From Candidatus Omnitrophota bacterium (GTDB lineage Bacteria; Omnitrophota; Gorgyraeia; 2-01-FULL-45-10): DNA of 64,000 nt. A program made the translations under genes and the position numbers. The stretch is taken from the NCBI GenBank assembly GCA_003142795.1, contig PLNN01000019.1:51991-115990 (forward strand), given 5' to 3'. The notes below the pieces were generated by a model, which saw only the letters and a list, made by a program, of their open reading frames with translations, made no database searches and was not told where the DNA came from. This document shows, piece after piece, positions 38,001 to 50,000 of this stretch (positions within the stretch are counted from its first letter, which is position 1; every line of letters begins with the position of its first letter).

Positions 38001-41000
38001 ATGGTCAAACCATTATCCGGTTTCAGGAACACAATAGTCTGTAAAACCATCTCACTTTTTCTATTACAAGCTTTTCTCTTCTATAACACCTCCTTTGCAT
38101 CCATCGACAAGGCAGCCTCGCAGCCACTTACTAAAGATGTTAAATTTAAACAGGCATCCATTGATGATATAGGCATATCCAAAGACATAGGCACTATAAA
38201 GACGAAATTCAAAGGCAGCGGCGAAAAACTTCTTATCCACATCCAGGACGCCCATTGTAATTACGAAGCCCAGACGAATATCGCGAAGATCCTCGAAACT
38301 CTATCTAAAGATTACAATATTAACACAATATCGGTAGAAGGCGCTGACGGTTTTGTCGATACCGCGTGGTTCAAATCATTTCCGGACGCCGATATCCGCA
38401 AAGAGGTTGCCGACTACTTCATGAAGAAGGGCGAGATAACCGGCGCCGAATTCCTCTCTATTACAAAAGATTATCCGATCAAGCTGTACGGCGCAGAAGA
38501 CCGCGACCTATATATAAAGAACCTCAATGCCTTCACCCAGATCTACCCCCACAAGCAGGAGATAGAAAAATACCTCTTAGGCGTAAAGACCATCCTCGGT
38601 AAGCTTAAATCATACATCTACTCCAAAGACCTGATGAGTTTCGACGCTGTGACCGAAGACTATAAAGATAAGAAGAAGACGCTGTCTGATTACGCTAAGG
38701 TGTTGAGCATCCAGCTGAAACGCCATAATCTGGACCTTAAAGCCTATCCCGATTTCTCAAAGTTAGTCTATACGCTAATCTACGAAGATAAGATCGATTT
38801 CAAGGTCGTCGACCAGGAAAGGGCGAACCTTATAGATGCGATCTCTAAAGCCATTCCGAAAGACAAGCTCCAGGATATGGTGGTAAAAAGCTTCTCTTTC
38901 AAGACGGGCAAGATCACCGCGTCCGAATATTATGAATATTTAAAAACAATCGCCATAGATAACAATATCGATTTTATGAAATTGTATCCGAACCTTTCGA
39001 ACTATGTTATCTATACGAAACTTTACGACAAGATAAACACTGAACATCTCTTTGACGAAATAGACAGGATAAAGATCGCCGTAAAGGATAAGCTTTTCGA
39101 GAACGACGACCAGCGCATTTTAAGTGATGCATGGGATAACGTAAACATCCTCGTGGGATTTATCAACATCAAGTTATCGAATAAGGAATACGATTATTAC
39201 AAGGCCCACAGGGACAGGTTCAAGGTAGAATTTTTCAGTGATTTTATTAAATCCAAAGTCGGCCAATATAATCTCGCCTATAATATAGACGAGCCGACCG
39301 AGAACGTAAAGACGAACATTCCGCAGCTGGAGACATTTTACGAGACGGCTTCCAAGAGGGACAAGGTGCTTGTCGATAATACAGTCGGTTCTATGAAGAA
39401 AGAGAAGGCAAACGTCGCAGTCCTGATAACAGGCGGTTTTCACACTACAGGCATATCGAAGATCCTTGAGGGAATGAACATATCATATATAGTAGTATGC
39501 CCGACCATCACCAAAGACGTCGAATCTCCGTATATCCAGGTCCTCACAAACCAGAAGACACCGTTCGAGGAGATACTGACAGAGAGCGCAACGCCCACGA
39601 AGAAGGATTCACTGCTGGGACCGTATCTACTCGCACGTAAGATCATGATGCGTTTGAACGGTGAGAAGGGTGCAATCAAGGCGCTTCAGGGCGCCGTAAA
39701 CCAGGCCGGCGGAGAAGCCGATCCTGTCGGGGCGATACAGTCGTGGGTGGCGTTCTATGTCGATCGTTATGTAGCCGCGATCAGAAGTGATGAACGGGCA
39801 AATAATAGCACGCCGCAGTCACTCGAAACATTGCGCAATGCCTTCGTTTTAGCGTTTTACAACTCTTTAGACACGCCTCGTATTTCACCGGAAGAGAAGA
39901 AGCAATTCGAACGGGAAACGCCTCCGCTCATAGAAGTGGAATTCAATAAGCTTATCAATACACAGACCGCGTCCGAATCTGCGCCGACGCAGCAGAATAT
40001 TCCCACGATAGTCAGAAAATCGCCTACGGATAATTCTGACGAATTGGATAAAAACGGCTTAAGGAAGCCGGGCGATTCTAGGCGGGACTACCAGAAACCG
40101 GACTCGCTGATACGCAACATCGGTGAAGGACGCGCGGCGGCTGAAAAAGCCATAAAGAATTTTGATATCCAAAGCGATGCCCGTAAGGCTTTGATCAAAA
40201 TTTTTGTTGATAGTTGGACGGCGAGAGGCCCTGAAGCTTTCTCAAAAGATCTGGAACGTTTTCAAGCAGATCCTCTTGGATTTGCACAGGAACAGTTGCA
40301 AAACACGGAAAAGAGACTCACGGCCATCAGACAAAATCTGGATAGAGTAGCATATTCACCAAGTTCTAAAAAAAGGCCTGTTGCGCAAGATTTGAAAAAA
40401 GACTTAGAAAGTGCAATTTGGCTTAAAAACGCTTTAACAAACTTCATTTCGGAACTCGAAAACAAGAACACGGCAGGGGCGGACCATAAAAATACGGTGC
40501 AATCCGTGTCCGAAGCGCGCGCGGCGGCAGAAGCTGCTGTTGCCAAGGCAGGCCATGGCAATATTAAGTATTATTTAGAACCAGTGGACAGAAATCCTGC
40601 ATACAAATTTTTTATCGACTATTTAGTGGGGAAATGGAATAAAAACTCGTCTGTCGAGTTTACGCAAGCATTGGAAAGACTCAACGCATATCCTCTCGAT
40701 ATTTTTGATGAGGTTCAGGCTGCGGCGAAAAAAAATAGCGCAGATGCTATCATTAAATGGACCGGTGTTCATAAATCTACCGAACCTGGAAAACTACCAG
40801 CTCCCATAAGTCCTGAAGAGAAAAACCTGCATGATGCATGGGAGAGGGCAAGCGCTATAGAGGGCCAGTTTAATGGCTACATTCACCATCTCGAACAGGC
40901 AAGCTGGAAGCGCGCCCCGCAATCCATGCCGGTGAGGAAGGGTGCTGGCGATAAGGCGACTGACAGCGGCATATACGGTATGATGGAACTTAACGATGCC

Positions 41001-44000
41001 GAAGTCGCGGCGATGCGCGAAATACAACGCCAAAGTTTCGTGGAAGGAACTTATAGAATAGCCACGGCCAAGGAGCTTGGGTTTACGGAATTGGGCGATT
41101 TCCGGTTTGTCGTGCATTACGGCCTCGAAGCCAGGATAGAGAAATATAATAAAGAGCACGGAACGAACCTTAAGACCGACAGGATCGACGCAGGCACAGG
41201 CGGCGAGGAATACGGTTATGGGCTCAGGCAGGCGCATATAAGCGCATATCGCTTTAATTCTCTGATCAGAACGAAATCCGGCAAAAGAGTGCTGGAAGTA
41301 ATAGCCACTCACGAATCTTTGGGCCACATCGCGATCGCGAATAAAGAAGGCGGCTCAGCTGCCTATAAAATGAAGCTTGCCGACCCGGCCATGAACGAAG
41401 AGGATGTCGTGGACTTTCATGTCCCCGGAGCTAATACAAGATGTGCATACGACTGGCTTCCAGGCAACATTACCATACGGCAGTTATTAGCGCAGATAGA
41501 TGAAAGCCGCAAAAACGATGAATTATACCAGATGGAAGAAGGGCTTCTCACCGATACCGCTTATGGTACAGCCGCTCGTGACGAGATAGTAAGACTGAGA
41601 AAAGAAGGCAAGGATTATGAGGCAGGCGAATTTGCAAAGTTAGTTTACGCAAGAAGAGCCAATATCGACAGGATGAAGAAAGTGCTTACAGAGCCTTATA
41701 AAGATTATGACGTCATCATCATAAGCTCTACAACCGAAGCTGAAGCAAAAGACCAGGAAGCTAATCTCAGGAAAATTTTCGGCGGCATCAAGACATCGAA
41801 CAATGCGATGGGTAACAAGGTGTGCGTCCTCTCTATGCTTGACACTTCGGAAGGTAACAACCTGATAGGGCAAAATGTTACAGAGGCCGAGGCAATAGAG
41901 GCGTTTAAGAAATGGGCAACCGAGAACGGCTTACCGGAAACGGACCTTACTAAGCTCCAGGCCGAAAAAAAGGTAAAAGTGGCAACATATCATAACGGCG
42001 GCAAGGCCGAGAGATTTTCTCCGGCCGGCCAGGCATTGAACCTGTCAAGGGCAGACCAGCTGCTTGTTGGAAGCGTCTTTGACATGAATGGCAAACCTAT
42101 AGAATTAAATCTTCTTTTGACCGTCATTCTATCCACTGCATTTAACGCTGAAACGAACGATGGATCGATGCACGATGTGTATTGGGCGAACCAGGCAGAA
42201 GTTGGCGCAGTGTTGAGTGTGATCAGGCATGGATACGTCTTTAACAAATTTGCAGTTGCGGTGCCGGCAAATCCCAGCATGAAAGACCTGTATGATTACG
42301 GGACGTTGATCGCGACAAAAGATGGCCGTATACTGAAGTTCCTCGGCAATAAGAAACTTACCGAGAAAAATAGTGCCGGCAGGTATATCCCAACCTCAGA
42401 TCCATACTGGCGTGCTAAATATGACGAGCTGATGGAGGCCGCCAAAGAGGGCAGGGCATATTTTGATTACGGTTCATTCAGCATGAGCTTAGATATGCAG
42501 AATGCTCTTCTCGAATATTGGCGCGACGTTAAAAAAATATTTACTGTTATGCAGAATGATGTAAATGGCAGAGCAGGTATATCGCGCGAGATCGATCCTC
42601 AGATGACCCAGAATATTGTTCCGATAGTAAATGGTGTAATGGGCCATGAGGCTGAGCTAAGTCAGCTTCCGACTATCACAGAATTGGATTCAGCTGCTGA
42701 TAAGAACGCGATTTTGCACAAAGCCTATCTTGCATTATTAAATATAATGGCTCCCGAATACAAAACCATATTAGAAGGTCTATATACGAAAGCAAAAGAG
42801 GATTTAGTAAAAAAGGAAAAAAAGGAGCCCGGGAAGAAAGATAACGATCAGAATCTCCAGGCTATATACGAAACGATCGAATTTTTCATCAGATACAAAG
42901 ATACTGTTAATTTAATGAAAGGATTTGGTATAATAGATTTCGGGCCCGGCAGCCATTGGTTCGCATATAAGAGGCTGCTCGATATGGGTAACGAGAAATT
43001 CTTTATGTTGGCCGATATGACCGGGCAGAGCATGGAACTCGAGCCCAATGGTAATGATCTACGTGCGACCGCGACTGTCCAGGATAAGGTAAAGGCTGAA
43101 GATGCCCGCAGGCTAAGGAGTATACCAAACAGCGCTGTCTGCGTATTTGAGGTGAACGGGCAAAAGGTAACGCTTAGCGCCGGGCAGGCGGCTAAAGGGT
43201 GGGAAGGCCATGGCGTTAAAGTAAAGGGCTCTATTATACAAGGGAATACCGTTCTTCTGCCCGGCTCAGAGATCGTAAATAGCGGCGTCAATAATTCCCA
43301 GGGCCGGATAGCGGCTGCAAATTCATATATAGATTCATCGACCGCCCCGAAAATAGAGGCTAAGAATAGCATTGTAGTAAACGGCGTTGATGGAAAACTT
43401 ATTATCGCGAATAGCGAAATTGTAACCGACGCGTTCAGGCCGGTTATACATGACGACAGGTTCGCGGACGGGCATACGAGGATGCGAGCGCCCGTAGGAT
43501 ACGATCCTAAGCCGGGCGATGAAGCCCTGGCGGCCAAAATGTCGGATGCCGTCAGGTTCGGCGATAACAAATATTCATTTGAGGAGATCAGGAATATGTC
43601 GTGCGACAAGGACGCGAACAAGGCGATCGAGAAGACGGCAAGAGATAGTGTACATGCGAGGCTCCAAATGATATCCGAACGCTGCAAATATTGTATAGAT
43701 CATTTCAAGCTGTTGAAATTCGGAACAAGCGGATTGAGAGACAATGACTCCGCTCTTACCGATATGGAGGTATATATAAACGTCCGCGGCCTTGTGAGAT
43801 ATCTTACCGGCATCAACTCGAGGATGGACGTGCCGGACCATATTAAGAAACTGGTATATGAAGGAGCTATTCAAAAATTGTCCGACATAGTGCTTGCAGG
43901 AGATCTCAGGCCGTCCACCCCCCGGATTTTAAAAGCAGTCGCAGTTGGTATAGTAGCGGAAGGCGGCGCGCCTGTATATATAGGAAAACAGCCAACGCCC

Positions 44001-47000
44001 CTGCAAGTTCTCTACTCATTGAAGAAATCAATGGCAGGATTCATGACTACAGGCAGTCATATCCCGCTCGGTATGAACGGCCTTAAAGGTAACAGGCCAA
44101 ACGGTGAGTTGTTAAAACAAGAAGAGAAACTCATCCTGACGGAAGTCGCCAAAGTGAGAAACGGGGAATATCTTCAAACCGATGCCGAAAGCATGTTCGA
44201 TAGGAACGGATTTTTCAGGACGGACGGCAAGATTTCCGGAAACCAGCGCAATATCATTTCGAAAGCCGAAGAAGCCCTTGATCCGGAGAATCCGAATAGA
44301 CGCGAAGCGGAGAAACTATACGAAGACCGTTATTTAGGCGGTCTGGGAAGGTGCCTCGAGGGCGTCGACGTTCTCTTCTGGCAGCATTCTGCGGTTGGCC
44401 GCGATATCATTCCCGATATTATGAGAAAGATGGGAGCCAACATTACGACCGTTGCGCCTCTCGATGTGAGTAAAGGCGAATTCTGCTCACTAGATACGGA
44501 AGATGTTAAGCCGCAATTCAAGCAGCTGGTAAAGAAATTGATGCAAGATAATAATAAGAAGGTCCTTATCACAACCGATGGCGATTCCGATAGGCCCGCC
44601 GTATTTATACTGGCGAAGAATCCTTTTAAGAATGGCGAGGAAGACGTTTATTATTTAACCGGAGATAAGCTCGCTATAATTACGGCGTTGTTATTGAAGC
44701 CCAAGTTCTTTGCGATACCGGTTACGTCAAACCATATAGCTCTGCAGAAATTACGTGATGCGGTCCCCGGCATTAAAATAGAGCTTACAGATGTAGGCTC
44801 TCCTTATATTGCCGAGGCTATGTATGCGAATAACGAAGGCGATCAGGCCAATGGCTGCGAGGTCAATGGAGGATATTTCATAGGGTCTCAGGTATTCAGG
44901 ATGCCCGAAGAAACAATAGCGAAAATAAGGGCATTGAACAGGAGCTCCTCTTCTCCGCTCGCTGAGCCCACCGGCGAATTTTCATATCTTCCTTCGCGGG
45001 ACGCGTCAATCGCGTTAATAAGCATACTGCTTTCGGCGAAACTGAAGAATATGACGGTCGAGGAGTTGATAAGGGACACGTTCAGCGGAAAATACGCGGC
45101 TGAGACATCGGCCGGGCTCGTTGAGAACGTATCCGATAAGCAGCGCACGCCCGGATGCGAAGATTACCAGAAAGAGATGGGACCTGCAATAGCGAAGAAC
45201 CTTTCTCCGAAAAACGCAAATATACTCGAGGTGATATTTGAGGGAGATGAAGTAAGGTATGTGCTTAAAGACGATGCCTCAGGAAAAAAACGCGATGCCG
45301 ACAAGCCGTTGAAGGCAGAGGCATTGGCTATAAAGTCACGGCTTGAGGCGAGATTGAAAACTATAGCCGGCTTGCAGGGCCAAAATATCGTACAGATCAA
45401 TTTTAAAAACGGCGTTCGTGTATTCTGGTCGAACAGGGAAACTATACATTTACGAGCGTCCAGCAACGCGGCGCAGTTCAGGGGATATACCCTGGCACCC
45501 GGCGAGATGTTCGATCCCCGGCCGGAGCAGATGGTTGAAGAGATGACCGCGCCAAGCACCGGGCCGCTCGTTAAAATAATTCAAGATTATATAAATGAAA
45601 CTACCGGCAAAGCTGTCTCTACTGCCGCGGCATCGGCCTCGTCTTCCAGGAAATCGCCCGGCAGGTTCGCGACATCGGCAGACGCGCCGCAGGGCGGACA
45701 CTTGCGCGAGCTAGTTGCTATCGGTACAAAATACTCGCTTGATTCGGTCGATCCCGACCTGATAGATAGAGAGATCGCCAACGGAGCCACCAGTGCTACG
45801 TCTAATCCTATTATAATATCGAACCTTGTCAAAAAAGTGCTTGCGAATATCGAGAAGAACGGCGGTCCGCAGACTGAATTCGAGAAAGGAATTTATTCGA
45901 TCCTCGCAAAATCTCCCAATGAGGAAGTCGCGACCAGAGAAGCGACCAAATTTATCATAGGTTTCGTCGCGGCAAAATTCAGGCCCGTTTATGACAGAAC
46001 AAGCAAGAATGACGGATATGTAAGCATTGAAGTCGATCCTCGGCTAGAGGACACGAAAGAAGGCCCGTATGCAACATGGACGCATGAAGAGCGGGTGGCC
46101 GAAGTTAAGCGTCAAGCCGTCGAATTCAGCAAGATCGCGCCTAATATCCTGATAAAGATACCTGCTACTAAAGCCGGACTTGACGCCCTGGAAGATCTCG
46201 CCTATCAAGGCATAAACCTTAACGTTACTCTTATATTTACGCCTGAACAGGCTTATGCGGCAAGAGAGAATGTATGGAAAGGCCTCCAAAGAAGAAAAGC
46301 TGAAGGGAAGTCCTTAGACATAAAGAGTGTTTATAGCATCTTTGTCAGCCGGACCGATGATTATACGGCTAAGAAAGCCCCGGATCTGCCTTCAAATGTT
46401 CAGGGAGAGATTGGAATATACATCGCGAAGCTCATATATCTTCAGAATAAAGAATTCTGGCAGGATAAAGGACTTTCCTTGAGCCAGGAAATGATATTTG
46501 CTTCTACCGGCAGTAAATCAAAATTGGTAGCCGGGATCAAGACCGAAGCGGATGTTTTAAAACTAGTCGAATTAGCGACATCCGGATCCAAGGAAGCAGA
46601 AGATGCGATGAATGCATTAAAAGAAATGTGTAGATATGTCTATGAACTTGCAGGAGACGATATTCAGACCAATCCGCCCCTGACAGCATTTGCCGTGAAT
46701 GTCGCACCATTTGCGATAACCGAAAAAAGAGTAGGTGCATTACCTGCTTCCGAAGTTCGGAAGATAATGATACAATATTTAGATTCTCACATGCAGGAAC
46801 TTTATGAGGCACTAATGACTGATGGCATTGCGAAATTCGTGAATCCGCAAGTTGAGTTGGTAAAGAACGTTGCAGCGGCTATGGCAAAAATTCCGAGATC
46901 GCCTGCCGCAACTCCGGAGAATATCGTGAAAACGCTCGTAGATAATCGTAATCCTCAGGCTGCTGTGGCCGGCATATTCGATAATCGCCAGGAGAGTGAA

Positions 47001-50000
47001 TATCTGCCTGCCCTGAGTGCAGTCGCTAATGAATTGAATAAGCGCTACGCAACTCTTACGTCCGATCAGAGGGATGAGCTTTGGCCGGTATTAGAAGAGT
47101 TTTATTCTACCCTGACCAGACGAGCGTGGAGCACCGTAAATGACGTAAATATAGCACGCGGCCTTCAGATAATGACCGGCAATACCATTGCCATTCAGAA
47201 TCTGATCGAGATAGGCCTGAGCGGAGCAAAGAGTATACAACTTACCGATAAGGCCGACGAGATGTTGAAAGCCGAAGATAAAGATAGAGGGCCAAGCTAC
47301 ATTAAAGCTTTTTCTATTCCTAAATCAATAGGCATTGCCGAAAGCGAAGGCCGCCCGGGTGTTTATTGGAGAGGCGCCGAAGGCATTACAAAACTGGGAC
47401 CCAATGGCGAAAATATATTGCCGTGGGCCGCATACGCAGCGAATCAGCATGATGAATATAAGAAATTCATAGGTTATACTATGCTTCATGTGAGCGATTT
47501 TCACGTTACTGTGTTTGTAAATCAATTTCTTCCAAATTCGATCCAATATACGAGCACGGGCGCAGGCCACTATCAGGGAGATAAACTTGATGTAAAAGTT
47601 GTTACAAGAGGTGCCCTTCGCCAGATGCAGGACGTATATAATGCAACCGGCAATCGGACAACAACGACAGCGCAGGATGCAGGAAAAGGTAGATGGGTAT
47701 TTGCATCTCCGCGCACAGTCGACTATACCGTTCCGCTTAGGCCAATAACGGTATTCAATGATGAAAGCATATTACCGCTGGGTACAAATATGCGCGCAAT
47801 CGGACCTGAAACAGTGCAGGTTGCTCCTTACGCGACTATTGATTTCAATGGTAAGCCTGTATTGGTCAAAGCTGTCAGCGACGCTCCCGTGTTAACGCAA
47901 CTGGAATCATATCCCGACCGTAGCGCCGTCCTGACTAGAGCGCCGGTACAAATAGCAGAATCGGAAAGGGTAACTGTTTTGGATGCGAACACAGTAACAG
48001 CTATAGGAAGGTTGAATGATCTTATCGAATCCGGACACCCGCTTAATATCACATCAACATATAATTTAGGAAAGAACGGTTACAAGTGGGGCGAGCCAGC
48101 CGGAGTGAGTTTCATAATCGGGCTTGAAAGTAATACTCTGCCAGCCGTCCTGCAGGAAGCCATCAGCACCAAAGACCGCGTTGCCGAAAGATTGATAGCC
48201 GCAGGCGTGATAGACTTGGGTGAAGGCTATAGCCTTCCGACGAGCGTATTGTCATCGTATTTTGGCCAGGAGCCTGAAATTACAACTAAGGTGCTTGCTT
48301 CAGCGATGCCTCTGTCTGTGCAACTGCATACTTTTGCCGAGATGATAATCCCTCTCGAAAAAGGGACTGCATGGATAGGGGTCAAAGAGAATGTCACAGC
48401 CGAACAATTAATAGAAGCGGCTAAAGAAGGCAGGATCCAGGATGTTCTGCAGGAAGTTGAGCTTGAGACGGGAGTGCCGATGATCGTTCCTGCTTATCTG
48501 CCGCATGCTTACGGAAAAGTGAGGGTCTATGAGGTTAAGGCAGTTACGCCTCAAGAAGACGCTACCGGCACAACCTCATTCTTTGACAGGCTGAAATATT
48601 TAAGCCCTGAATTTGAAGCTCAATTGAAGGCTTTGAACATTACATCGTTACAGATGACTCCGGAGCAGTTAAGACAGCTCAATCCCGGAAGAGAGAAGAA
48701 AGACGTTCTTACGATGCCTGAAGCAACTTTGGCCGAGACGAAGAAACGATTGGCTGAGGCCGAAAGCTCAGGCGCTTTGAATAAAACGAATATCGAGAAT
48801 TTGAAGTTTACACCGGTCATTGTGAGCGCGCCATCCATGAAGAATACCGAAGAGGCGAGGCTTGAGGTAATGGGCGTGGCAGAAGGACGTTTTATAACGG
48901 TCCGTTATACGGTTGCGGAGAATCAGTCGATCCAGTCGGGCCCGATTCTATCCGGCAGAAAGCACACGCTTTTTGTATCAGAAGGCGAGATCGAATTAAA
49001 TACCGATCAGGGCGTTACTACAACATTGAAAAGAGGCCAGGATATAACTGTGACGCCTAATATGCAGTATTACACCATCAGGTCACTGAAAGGCACGGCC
49101 GTTATTTATACACAGGTTCCGCCGAAGAAAGAATTGCCCGCAACTGAAACCGCGAGGCTTGCAGCGCAGATCAATAATAATCAGAAAAGCCTGAAGGCTG
49201 CCGTATCGAAAGGAAGAGAGGTCATTCTCGCCCCGAACGACAGGACCTCCGAAAGATTATCTGTTACAAGCAGCGCGAAACAGGATATCCCGCAGGCGAA
49301 AGAGAAAGAGGTGGCCTTATCGCTCGAAGACGGCAAAGCGGCTATCGTTAAAGAGAATGGCGATACGGTAGAATTAAAGCCTGGTAATCCCATAATCGTT
49401 CCGGCAGGCATGCCGTTATCGATACAGTCACCGGTTGTGGCGATAGTGAAAATTGCTTATACGGAATCTCGTGAAGAGAGCGCTTCATTTACGTCCATTA
49501 ATGTCACAAAGCGTAATCTCGCGGCGATCACAGCCACAGGTAAGATAGACCTGCTGGTTAACGACAGCCTTTACCAGAAGGACGGCGACTATGCCAATTC
49601 TGTCGCAAAAGAGCAGGAATTCTGGAAGGGGTTGAACGTCGACGTCGTATTGGTAAAATATAGCGATGAGCTTGGATTGAGCGACGCGGCCGATAAGTCG
49701 ATCAGGAACGGCGCTATTCCCATTTTGGTCGGAACGGCAGAAAATTTCCAGAAGGCGGATGTTTCTGATCCAAAGATAGCGAAATTGTTGTTGAAGGCAA
49801 AGATATTGCCTCCAATCGATCTGGCGAAGATAGAAGGTCGCCGCGGCTGGTTCTTTACAAGAGAAATAGAAGCCAGCGCGATCCTTTTGGCTGCTACAAC
49901 CGTCCAGAATATACGAGATCATGATCCGATAGCGGAAGACCTGCAGAAATTGATGCAGAAATTCGGTTTGCCGATAGACGACATCAACCAGCTCTTATGC

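Noticed and set aside
37843-38241. Replication origin
   Set aside because: Only two DnaA boxes, one of them in coding sequence, a short spacer, and no dnaA/dnaN context.
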